Part shown: piece by piece, positions 55,034-63,151 of the stretch
How the letters are laid out: each line of letters begins with the position of its first letter
Numbering within the stretch: position 1 is the stretch's first letter
Source: Patescibacteria group bacterium
GTDB lineage: Bacteria > Patescibacteriota > WWE3 > 0-14-0-20-40-13
Direction of reading: 5' to 3'
DNA: 64,000 bases
Assembly: GCA_018896215.1 (NCBI GenBank)
Contig: JAHINB010000006.1
Location: 2,941 to 66,940, forward strand
Made by a program: the position numbers and the translations under genes
Notes under the pieces: generated by a model
Told to the model about the DNA's origin: nothing
Databases searched by the model: none
The model's input: only the letters and a program-made list of their open reading frames with translations

Positions 55034-57349
55034 ATGACAAGCAACAAAAAGGCATTGGTTGGGATTCTGTTCTTTATTCTTTTAATCTTTGTCCGAAATA
55101 TCGCTCTTTGGTCCCAAGAGCAAACATTCATCTTTGCTGATACTGCCATCTACGCTTTACAGCTTTCCGCATTTTCCCAAAATATCACAAGTATCTTTTC
55201 GCAACACTCGAGCTTTTTAGGATGGAACCCTAATTATCTCTCTACTGGTATTCCAACCTTGTCTGTAGTCGACTTTGGTTACCTGTATCCACCAGACTTT
55301 GTCATAGCTTTAATTTCTAAAATTTTCGGAAATAGTTTACTGGTTTTTCCTTTTACCACCTTGCTTGCTTATTTACATCTGGCATTTGGAGCATTTTTTG
55401 TTTACAAAATATTAAAAGATTATTTTAAACTCGAAAATTATTCTAGTCTTTTTGGGGGACTTCTTTGGGTTATTACGGGTTACAATCTGGAATATTTAGC
55501 TGCAACCTCTGTTCTTTACGCTGGAAGTTATCTTCCTGTCTGTTTTTATCTAAATCTTAAAAGGAAAGAGAAAGATGAATTTAGATACTTTTTTTTGTTC
55601 TACCTACTTTTAGCCTTTAGCTTTTTAGCCGGATACCCCATGCCTTCAGTTCTTATAGTCTTGACAGTAACCACATACAATATATTAACAGGTGACAAGA
55701 TTAAGTACACACTCATTTCCGTAATCAAGGATAACCTAAGAGGGCTGTTTTTAATAACTTTTCCATTGATCTCGCCACTCTACTTTTCGGCTATTGCCAA
55801 TTTCCCCCAAAGTGTTCGAGGTACTGTTTTAACTTTGGAGGGTTTTATAAGCAACCCCATAAAAATATTTAATCTCGCGGAAGGGATTTTGCCAGTTAAT
55901 ACGCTTTTTAATACAGCAAGCTCCACAAACATTGTTCACCTCTCTTTGAGCACCGTTGTTTTAATAATTCTTTTACAAGCAAAAAACAAAGGGGAAGTTT
56001 TTAGAGATAAAAGACTTTTGTCCTTACTGGCACTTGCTATTTTTGGAGCAATTTTGTCCGCGGGAGGAACAACTTATTTTCCGACTTTAATTTATCTAAC
56101 AACTCCAATCATTAGTTTTTTTAGAAGGCTTGCTGTATTTTCTTTAATCCCAGGATTTGCGGTTTGTTTAATTGCCCCCTTTTATATTAAAAACGCCCTT
56201 GGTCAGAGAGGAATATCCCAGCCTTTGGGATTTGGGATTAAAATCTTTGCCATCCTGGCTCTTGTAACACAAGCCTATAAAATTGCCTTTATAGGAAAAG
56301 TGGAGATTCTAAATTATCCGGCGCTGGTTCAAAACCTAAGCATTATTTTTGTGATTGGAATGCTCTCTGTACTCTCTTTTATTGTTTATCATAAGAATAA
56401 AAGAATTGGTTTTGCCATTCTTGGTTTTGCCTTAATAGTTGAATCTGGAACTCTTGTTGCCAGTAAAGTTTACCTAAATTCTAAAACAAACCCCGAGGCG
56501 GTTTTCCAACCGAACGAGCTTACAAATTATTTAAAAGAGAATACTAAACCAGGAGAGCGCGTTGATATGTTATTTACACAGCATAGCTATAGTACAGACT
56601 ACCTAGGATTGGAACAAACGGCGGGATACATGTCATTAGCAAGCGAGTATGGTGTTAGAATAAATGAGCTTTTGCCTTTGCCCCAAAGCCAGTACGACTC
56701 CAAAAGCTTAAGGGACATTTTAGGAGTTAAATATATTGTAAGAAAAGGAGATTGGGAAGACACCAATCTAAAAAAAGTTGCCGAAATTAAGCAAAACCCT
56801 CTAAAACCTAACTTTTACTCATTTGATTATAATTCGCTTTCTTGGTGGCCAGATCCTGTGGACACTTATTATAGTGTTTATCAGAACCCCACGGCACTTC
56901 CAAGATTGTACTTAGCATCAAATATTATTCCAACAGCAAGACAATCAAAATATCTTTTGCCCTATTTCGAAAAGCTAGAAGATCCAAAAACCGTTTTTCT
57001 TGAAGCAGATAAATTACAACCAGGAAAAATTTCACCCGAGGGGGAAGTTGTCATAAAGGATTATCAAAGAAACTACATCAAAGCCGAGGTGACAGCAGAG
57101 AAACAAACATTCCTCGCCAATTCCACAGGTTTTTATCCTGGCTGGAAGGCAAGGATTAACGGAACAAAGGTTGCCCCAATTCGCACTAATTGGTTCATGA
57201 TGGGAGTATACCTGCCGGCGGGAGAAAACACAGTTGAGTTTATTTATACCCCTTACGAGGCAAACATTGGTCTGTTGTACATAATATTAGCAACAACATA
57301 TTGGTTTTTTTCCAGAATTCTTAGACATAAATATGAACAAACTTTATGA
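55034..57349 (+). CDS. Large polytopic membrane protein (771 aa); possibly YfhO-like GT-C.
   Basis: About 14 TMs in the N-terminal 480 aa, then a soluble C-terminal domain. Sits in the methyltransferase/GT sub-cluster. Confidence 0.35.
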   Translation: MTSNKKALVGILFFILLIFVRNIALWSQEQTFIFADTAIYALQLSAFSQNITSIFSQHSSFLGWNPNYLSTGIPTLSVVDFGYLYPPDFVIALISKIFGNSLLVFPFTTLLAYLHLAFGAFFVYKILKDYFKLENYSSLFGGLLWVITGYNLEYLAATSVLYAGSYLPVCFYLNLKRKEKDEFRYFFLFYLLLAFSFLAGYPMPSVLIVLTVTTYNILTGDKIKYTLISVIKDNLRGLFLITFPLISPLYFSAIANFPQSVRGTVLTLEGFISNPIKIFNLAEGILPVNTLFNTASSTNIVHLSLSTVVLIILLQAKNKGEVFRDKRLLSLLALAIFGAILSAGGTTYFPTLIYLTTPIISFFRRLAVFSLIPGFAVCLIAPFYIKNALGQRGISQPLGFGIKIFAILALVTQAYKIAFIGKVEILNYPALVQNLSIIFVIGMLSVLSFIVYHKNKRIGFAILGFALIVESGTLVASKVYLNSKTNPEAVFQPNELTNYLKENTKPGERVDMLFTQHSYSTDYLGLEQTAGYMSLASEYGVRINELLPLPQSQYDSKSLRDILGVKYIVRKGDWEDTNLKKVAEIKQNPLKPNFYSFDYNSLSWWPDPVDTYYSVYQNPTALPRLYLASNIIPTARQSKYLLPYFEKLEDPKTVFLEADKLQPGKISPEGEVVIKDYQRNYIKAEVTAEKQTFLANSTGFYPGWKARINGTKVAPIRTNWFMMGVYLPAGENTVEFIYTPYEANIGLLYIILATTYWFFSRILRHKYEQTL

Positions 57350-58070
57350 ATCAAAATACCATAGATTAGAAACTAATTACTGGTTGTTTATAGCACGAAG
57401 AGATGCGGTTATAAATTTAATTAAAAAGGTTGATATAGGTAAAACTGATAAAATTTTAGATATTGGTTGCTCCGGTGGTCCTCTCATAAATTTACTAAAA
57501 GAAAATGGGTTTATGAATATTTATGGAATCGACATTAGTGTGGACGCAATCAATTTATGTAAAAAAAGAGGCATAAATAATGTAACGGTTATGGATGGCA
57601 CAAAAACACTATATAAAGATGGGGAATTTGACACAATAATAGCTTCTGATATTTTAGAACATTTAAAGGACGAGGATTCTGCTTTATCTGAATGGTATAG
57701 ATTACTAAAACCTAATGGTAAATTAATACTATCTGTTCCTGCATTGAATTCTTTGTGGAGCGGTCATGATGAAATTAACGGACATTATAGAAGATATAAT
57801 AAATCATCGCTAATAAAGAGATTAGAAAAAGCACAATTTAAATTGCACAAAATCTCTTATTGGAACTTTACCCTCTTTTTTCCTATTTATGTACTAAGTA
57901 TGTTTCAACACCTTTTACCCAAAAATAAAAGCGCCTTAAAAGATCGCTTGTATGAGTTATGTCCCCTAATCAATGGAACATTAGTTGCTTTATTAAAAAC
58001 AGAGAATTTTTTCTTAAAATATATTAATTATCCGGTTGGAATTAGTATTTTTACGGTATGGAGAAAATAA
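57333..58070 (+). CDS. Class I SAM-dependent methyltransferase.
   Basis: ILDIGCSGGPLINLLKENGF (motif I); LLKPNGKLILSVP. Confidence 0.7.
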   Translation: MNKLYESKYHRLETNYWLFIARRDAVINLIKKVDIGKTDKILDIGCSGGPLINLLKENGFMNIYGIDISVDAINLCKKRGINNVTVMDGTKTLYKDGEFDTIIASDILEHLKDEDSALSEWYRLLKPNGKLILSVPALNSLWSGHDEINGHYRRYNKSSLIKRLEKAQFKLHKISYWNFTLFFPIYVLSMFQHLLPKNKSALKDRLYELCPLINGTLVALLKTENFFLKYINYPVGISIFTVWRK

Positions 58071-58091
58071 AACCAGAAGATCCGTCGCCGT

Positions 58092-58586
58092 ATGATTGAT
58101 ACTTCGATGTTTTTAGAAAAATATCTGCAAAATTACCGCTTTAAAATGGCGGCGCCTTATCTAATTGGAGATGTTTTGGATTTTGGCGGCAACAACGGAG
58201 AGTTAAAAAGGCTGGTTAAAGGCAAATATCTTGTTGTTAACTACGATCATTCCGTAATGAAAAATGCCCATTGTGACACCATTGTAAGTTTAGCGGTTAT
58301 TGAGCATATATCAGTTAAAGAAGTATTTAAGATTTTTAAAAAATTTAAAGATATTTTAAATATGAATGGTAGAATTTTTATAACAACCCCAACAAAAATG
58401 GCAAAGCCTGTTCTGGAATTTATGACTTTCTTTGGAATTTTTGATAAAGAAAATATGGGTGAGCATAAACACTATTGGAATGAAAAAGATATCCGCTATC
58501 TGGCAAAAAAAGCAGGCTTTGCGGTAAAAAAATATAAAAAATTCCAATTTGGATTTAATCAATTGGCTGTTTTTGAGCACAAGTAG
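58092..58586 (+). CDS. Small class I SAM-dependent methyltransferase-like protein.
   Basis: VLDFGGNNGEL, IVSLAVIEHI, NGRIFITTP. Confidence 0.5.
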   Translation: MIDTSMFLEKYLQNYRFKMAAPYLIGDVLDFGGNNGELKRLVKGKYLVVNYDHSVMKNAHCDTIVSLAVIEHISVKEVFKIFKKFKDILNMNGRIFITTPTKMAKPVLEFMTFFGIFDKENMGEHKHYWNEKDIRYLAKKAGFAVKKYKKFQFGFNQLAVFEHK

Positions 58587-58587
58587 T

Positions 58588-59748
58588 ATGGAAGAAAAAG
58601 AAATTAAAAATACCATATTTATAGTTACCACCCACATTTTATTTCGCGATATCTATAAACCCAACGAACCTGTGGAGGGTCCGTATACCTCTGTAATTAA
58701 TGCCCTTAGAGATAAAGCAAAACTTGTTGAAGTTCTAGGATTTCCTTTAATTGGCTACAAACACCCCATTATTTACGGTAAAGAATCCAGCACAAAAATC
58801 CTTAAGCTACCAAATTTCTTGGGTGTTATCCCTCCAATCAAATATCTGGTAGACATTGTTTTGACTATCGTACTTTTAACACAAACGCTTATCAAAAATC
58901 GCAAGGAAAGTATTATAGTAGTTGGAATTGATCCGCTTTCTTCAATCCCCGCTTTGATACTAAAGCCCATCTTTAGATTTAAGTTTATCTTCTATTGCGT
59001 TGATTTTAATGAGAATCGTTTTAAGAACGGTTTAATGCAAGGCATTTATCAGTATTTTGATCGGCTCTCCAGTATTAAAGCCGATCAAGTCTGGGTTGTT
59101 TGTGATTCGTTAAAGGAATACAAAAAGAAACACTTTGGGGCAGATTCGATTTACATTCCCAATTCCCCACTCCACGATCCAGCACTTAGCAAAGAAGGGA
59201 AAAATAAAAGAACTGGTAATAAATTGGCGTGGACTGGAACTCTTTTAACCGAAAGGCAATTTGGAATCTTTTTTGATGTGGTGGAAAATATCTTAAAAGT
59301 TAGACCCGATTTGGAGGTCTATTTGGTTCCCATAAAAGACCACGAAAAGTTTGAAACAATTATTAAAGAAAGAAAATTAAATAATGTCAAGGTGATTCGA
59401 CTTACAAGTCGCCGAGCCTGGCAAGAATTTGTGGCCACTTGCGATGTGGGACTGGCAGTTTATGACGATAAATTTGGGTCAACAAAATATATTGAGCCAC
59501 TTAAGATCTGGGATTTTATGCTTTGCGGAGTTCCTTTTATAATTTCCTGTGAGCCTTCTATTGCCAAACCTGTAGTGGATTCTAAAGTCTGTTACCTACT
59601 AGGACCCGCCAATAGTTTTCCCAATGAGATGGGATTAAAGAAGTTTTTGGAAAAGGGAAATCTTGATACTTTATTTGAAAAATGTCTTACCTTGTCTCGT
59701 GACTTCGCCATAGACAAGCGGATTATCTCATCTCTTAAATCCCTATAA
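58588..59748 (+). CDS. Putative glycosyltransferase (GT-B-like C-terminal domain).
   Basis: LAWTGTLLTERQFGIFFDVVENILKVRPDLEVYLVP...CGVPFIISCEP. The track ORF starts at 58549 inside the previous gene; MEEKEIK at 58588 is the likely start. Confidence 0.4.
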   Translation: MEEKEIKNTIFIVTTHILFRDIYKPNEPVEGPYTSVINALRDKAKLVEVLGFPLIGYKHPIIYGKESSTKILKLPNFLGVIPPIKYLVDIVLTIVLLTQTLIKNRKESIIVVGIDPLSSIPALILKPIFRFKFIFYCVDFNENRFKNGLMQGIYQYFDRLSSIKADQVWVVCDSLKEYKKKHFGADSIYIPNSPLHDPALSKEGKNKRTGNKLAWTGTLLTERQFGIFFDVVENILKVRPDLEVYLVPIKDHEKFETIIKERKLNNVKVIRLTSRRAWQEFVATCDVGLAVYDDKFGSTKYIEPLKIWDFMLCGVPFIISCEPSIAKPVVDSKVCYLLGPANSFPNEMGLKKFLEKGNLDTLFEKCLTLSRDFAIDKRIISSLKSL

Positions 59749-59758
59749 AAAAACAACT

Positions 59759-59808
59759 GACCGAATGCTCTGGAAGAGTGAACTACCTCTATCACAAAAC
59801 ATCCGGTC
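59759..59808. repeat. 50-bp imperfect-palindromic cassette-end repeat, copy A; immediately 3' of the stop of gene 59814-60359.
   Basis: gaccgaatgctctggaagagtgaactacctctatcacaaaacatccggtc. Termini are inverted (gaccgaatg / catccggtc). 46/50 identical to 60660-60709. Confidence 0.7.
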
Positions 59809-59813
59809 ACAGC

Positions 59814-60359
59814 CTAAAGCGGTATACTTTCGTGTCTCCTCCTCGCCATCTCCTCGTACTTCACCACCGCCATTTTGTTGAGCACGACTTCGTGCTCAAT
59901 CAGATTGGCGGGGAGATTCGACACCGAATGCCAATTCCCAGGGACATTGGGTGTTTCGGTTGTCTCGCAGATCAAGACTACCGAAATTTCCTTCCCTCGG
60001 GGGGTGTCGGTGAGGATTACACCAGCCAAATGGGGCTCTGTCGCGTATTCAACACCACCCAGCTCCCCATTTTTCACCCGAGCGATAGCATCAGGAAAGA
60101 ACCCGGGTTTGTCGGTCCACCTCACCATCGACCCCGGGTGATGCACCTTGTCGTGGTAGATCTTGTCTTCCCGAGGTGTCAGGAAGACCTCTACCACGGC
60201 CTCCGTTCGGCGAAGTATCACCTGATAAACCGCCGTGAGAGCCGTAATCCGGTTAACAGAGTTGTAGAACCTCTCCGTCCAAGGCTGGGCAACTTTCCCC
60301 AGCAAGCCAATCAGCGTTTCTTCTTCACCAGCAGTCAAACCACCGGTAATCGTAGCCAT
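59814..60359 (-). CDS. Nudix-fold protein with a degenerate Nudix box; encoded in GC-rich (about 55%) foreign DNA. Paralog of 61286-61807.
   Basis: About 35-40% aa identity to 61286-61807 across the full length (VILRR...VEVFL, HSPG vs HHPG, RV.K.ELG). GC content far above the host. Own promoter plus SD upstream. The antisense ORF 59778-60377 is a GC-rich artefact. Confidence 0.5.
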   Translation of the reverse strand: MATITGGLTAGEEETLIGLLGKVAQPWTERFYNSVNRITALTAVYQVILRRTEAVVEVFLTPREDKIYHDKVHHPGSMVRWTDKPGFFPDAIARVKNGELGGVEYATEPHLAGVILTDTPRGKEISVVLICETTETPNVPGNWHSVSNLPANLIEHEVVLNKMAVVKYEEMARRRHESIPL

Positions 60360-60408
60360 GAAAAACTCCTTTCCTGAGTGAGTTTGCTACATTCTAGAAC
60401 TGCGGTAA

Positions 60409-60438
60409 TTATATCATAAACTATAGGTATAAGTCAAA
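60409..60438 (-). promoter_or_regulatory. Near-consensus sigma70 promoter TTGACT-N18-TATAAT driving the cassette gene 59814-60359, followed by SD AGGAG 7 nt before the ATG.
   Basis: Read directly on the reverse strand of 60409-60438, and SD at about 60366-60372. Confidence 0.5.
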
Positions 60439-60440
60439 AT

Positions 60441-60567
60441 TGGGGTGTTATTTTTTTATTCTTTTTTGTAAGAATCCAAGACTTTGGCTATAAGAATGTA
60501 GTGGTGGGGAACAAGATTTTCGGGAAGATTACTAGTATTATAAAACTTGCCAACTTTGGGCTCTTGA
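60441..60567 (-). pseudogene. Truncated 3' fragment (last 35 codons or so plus 3' flank) of a paralog of the Nudix-fold gene 61286-61807.
   Basis: The reverse translation DQEPKVGKFYNTSNLPENLVPHHYILIAKVLDSYKKRI matches VEKEPKTGKFYDVRNLPENLLPHHYIVIAKVLDYYKKQ*. The downstream ggggt(g)ttatt flank is also conserved. Confidence 0.55.
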
Positions 60568-60659
60568 TCTATTTAAAATCACTAAACGAAACCTTAAATA
60601 AAATCCCTATTATAAAATCATTTTCTGCATTCCATGTATTTTTGTGCAGAAAATAAAGC

Positions 60660-60709
60660 GACCGAATGTTTTGGAAGAGTGAAATACCTCTAGCACAAAA
60701 CATCCGGTC
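60660..60709. repeat. 50-bp imperfect-palindromic cassette-end repeat, copy B; immediately 3' of the stop of gene 60719-61192.
   Basis: gaccgaatgttttggaagagtgaaatacctctagcacaaaacatccggtc. Confidence 0.7.
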
Positions 60710-60718
60710 GTAGCGCTT

Positions 60719-61192
60719 TTACATCTCCACACTTCGTCCCCTCACCACCGACTTCAAGCATTGCTCTATGATGGTGATATGGTGCGAAATCATTGGTGCT
60801 GGAAGAGCGGTTATCGGAAAGAGATGCGCATTCTCGGTTTCCGTGAGGGGGATTGTACTCAAATCCAACACCATAGGGATGTGGACTAGGTGACCCCGCA
60901 CTTCGTGCGGATTGTTTAGAACCAGACCAGAAAATGTGACGGGAATCCCAGAAATGTCCCATCTCAATTCCTTTACAGAAATGCGTCGTACGCACTCTTC
61001 AAATGTCTCATTTTTGAGAAGGAAACCTCCGGGCAGATGCCACATACCCGCATAGGACTGATCCTTCCCAGAGATCTCTCTCTTGATCAGCCAAATCCTC
61101 TCCCCGCTCACTACGAGGAGATCAACGACTGGCCATGGGACGACTTCCATGACCTCTAACCACCTGTCGTACGGAATAGTTTTTCCTGGCAT
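60719..61192 (-). CDS. Nudix hydrolase (canonical-looking Nudix box); GC about 50%.
   Basis: GMWHLPGGFLLKNETFEECVRRISVKELRW fits GX5EX7REUXEEXGU with minor deviations. Extended -10 (TGtTATAAT) and SD GGAGGT upstream. Confidence 0.6.
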   Translation of the reverse strand: MPGKTIPYDRWLEVMEVVPWPVVDLLVVSGERIWLIKREISGKDQSYAGMWHLPGGFLLKNETFEECVRRISVKELRWDISGIPVTFSGLVLNNPHEVRGHLVHIPMVLDLSTIPLTETENAHLFPITALPAPMISHHITIIEQCLKSVVRGRSVEM

Positions 61193-61285
61193 TCTTAACC
61201 TCCGTGGTAGTTTGTCCTGTGTATTGAAGTATCGATATTATAACATAGCAACAAAGAAAAAGCTATAGGATAGATAGATAGGGGT

Positions 61286-61807
61286 TTATTGCTTTTTGTA
61301 GTAATCTAACACCTTGGCAATAACAATATAGTGGTGCGGGAGGAGATTTTCTGGTAGATTTCGTACATCGTAAAATTTGCCAGTTTTAGGTTCTTTTTCA
61401 ACTTCACAAAGGAAAACCAACGAGTTTTCTGGTCCGCGACTGGTATGGAAATAATATGATCCGACAAATTCTGGCGGAAAGACAAAATTGACCCCCAATT
61501 CGTTTTTTTGCACCCTTTCAAAAGCATCTTGATAAGACCCTGGTCTATCGGAGGCTCTTAGAATTGTCCCGGGAGAATGGAGCATATTAGGGTAGTATGC
61601 ATCGGTCGGAGGGCGCTTAGCCAAAAAAACCTCAACTTTGCCCTGTTTTCTTCTTAAAATTACAGTTTCTATGGCAACTAGCACAAACTTAGCAGCCACA
61701 GCATTGTAGACGGGAGTTGGCATCTTGGGACCAACTTTATCTAACAAACTTACAAGCTTTTTTTCTTCGGTTTCGCTCAAGTTATCTGCGATGCTAAACA
61801 ATTCCAT
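61286..61807 (-). CDS. Nudix-fold protein (degenerate box); low-GC paralog of 59814-60359.
   Basis: LVAIETVILRRKQGKVEVFLAKR...HSPGTILRASDRPGSYQDAFERVQKNELGV. Confidence 0.5.
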   Translation of the reverse strand: MELFSIADNLSETEEKKLVSLLDKVGPKMPTPVYNAVAAKFVLVAIETVILRRKQGKVEVFLAKRPPTDAYYPNMLHSPGTILRASDRPGSYQDAFERVQKNELGVNFVFPPEFVGSYYFHTSRGPENSLVFLCEVEKEPKTGKFYDVRNLPENLLPHHYIVIAKVLDYYKKQ

Positions 61808-61825
61808 AGGCAGTATTAAAATTCT

Positions 61826-63151
61826 TTAGAACCTCTTTAGAAACTCGTTAATCTTACCAGCCATATAGTCAATGTGACGATTGTCTAGTTTAGGATAAAC
61901 TCCCAAAAAGAAGGTGTTGTAAAGAATTCTATCAGAATTTTCTAGGTTGCCTACAATTCTCATATTTATGCCACGATAAGCCGGTTGCTTAGTAAGGTTG
62001 CCACCAAACAGCGTTCGGGTTTGGATTTTGTTTTCTTCCAAAAACCTTGTGATCTCTAGTCGATCAAATTTGGCATCGTCTTTAATTGTAAGTGGATAGG
62101 CAAACCAAGAAGGTTTCGCGCCTGTTGTGGCTTTTGGCAAGACAAAAAATCTTTCCCATCTACCTTCTTTGGCATGATAAGCAAATCTTGCAAAATTTTT
62201 CCTTCTTATTCTTGTAAATTCGTTAAGTCTTTTAAGTTGAATTACCCCCATAGCAGCCTGTGGCTCAATAGGCTTTAAATTATAACCAATCTGACTAAAA
62301 ATATACTTGTGGTCGTAGGGCTTCCCGCCAATCTTGTAATTAAACCTAGCATTACAGGCACCATATCTTCCTTTTTCGTCTCCCCTGCACCAGCAAGCCC
62401 TGCCCCAATCGCGCAACGATCTGGTAATGCGCTCAAAAATACGGTCGTTGTAGTTGACCGCCCCACCTTCCCCCATGGTTAAATGATGCGGAGGATAAAA
62501 AGATTGGGTAGAAAGAATACCAAAACTACCAGTCTTTTTTCCTTTATAAATTGACCCCAGAGCATCGCAGTTATCCTCAATTAAAAACAAACCCTTCTCT
62601 TTACAAAAATTGACCAGCAAATCCATATCGTGAGGGTTTCCTAAAGTATGAGCCAAAAAAACCGCTTTGGTTTTACTAGATGTTGCATGTTGTAAATCCT
62701 CTATCTTTATAGAATATGTTCCCAGGTTAACATCCATAAAAACTGGTACTAACCCCAATTGAATTATTGGATTAACGGTTGTAGGAAAACCACAGGCAAG
62801 AGTAATAACTTCATCTCCAGGATGAAGCCTCTCTGGAAACATGGGAGACATTAAAGAAGCTACAGATAGTAAATTAGAACTGGAGCCAGAGTTTGTAATA
62901 ATACTGCCTGTTGCTCCAATATACTTTGCCAGCCCCCTTTCAAAATCTTCGGCAAATTGACCCAAACCAAACCAACCATCTAACCAAGTAGAAATAACAT
63001 TGTTAACCTCTTTATCATCAAAAACCGATCCGGCGTATTGGATAAACGACTTTCCGGGAATAAACTCGCTATCTTCTTGCTTTTTTATTTTAAAAATTTC
63101 TTGAACTATCTTTTTTATTTGTAATCTTAATTCTTTTTCTTTTTTATCCAT
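61826..63151 (-). CDS. DegT/DnrJ/EryC1-family PLP enzyme, RfbH/DdhC-like (CDP-6-deoxy-D-xylo-4-hexulose-3-dehydrase type).
   Basis: 441 aa. N-terminus IPGKSFIQYAGSVFDDKEVNNVISTWLDGWFGLGQFAEDFERGLAKYIG and GDEVITLACGFPTT, typical of RfbH-type E1 dehydrases. Confidence 0.65.
   Translation of the reverse strand: MDKKEKELRLQIKKIVQEIFKIKKQEDSEFIPGKSFIQYAGSVFDDKEVNNVISTWLDGWFGLGQFAEDFERGLAKYIGATGSIITNSGSSSNLLSVASLMSPMFPERLHPGDEVITLACGFPTTVNPIIQLGLVPVFMDVNLGTYSIKIEDLQHATSSKTKAVFLAHTLGNPHDMDLLVNFCKEKGLFLIEDNCDALGSIYKGKKTGSFGILSTQSFYPPHHLTMGEGGAVNYNDRIFERITRSLRDWGRACWCRGDEKGRYGACNARFNYKIGGKPYDHKYIFSQIGYNLKPIEPQAAMGVIQLKRLNEFTRIRRKNFARFAYHAKEGRWERFFVLPKATTGAKPSWFAYPLTIKDDAKFDRLEITRFLEENKIQTRTLFGGNLTKQPAYRGINMRIVGNLENSDRILYNTFFLGVYPKLDNRHIDYMAGKINEFLKRF

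Noticed and set aside
59778-60377. 199-aa plus-strand ORF antisense to gene 59814-60359
   Set aside because: It lies in 55% GC DNA, where long antisense ORFs arise by chance. The minus-strand frame has a clear paralog (61286-61807) and an upstream promoter plus SD, while the plus frame has neither.
59759-60709. Calling the Nudix island a bona fide integron
   Set aside because: There is no intI integrase in the window and no attI. The 50-bp repeats lack the canonical R''/L''/L'/R' core sequences. Only the positional logic is integron-like, so this is reported as attC-like rather than as an integron.
60690-60995. 101-aa minus-strand ORF overlapping the Nudix gene in another frame
   Set aside because: It lies fully inside 60719-61192, which carries the Nudix box. 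The alternative frame is Ser/Arg/Gly-rich low-complexity typical of GC-rich out-of-frame translation.
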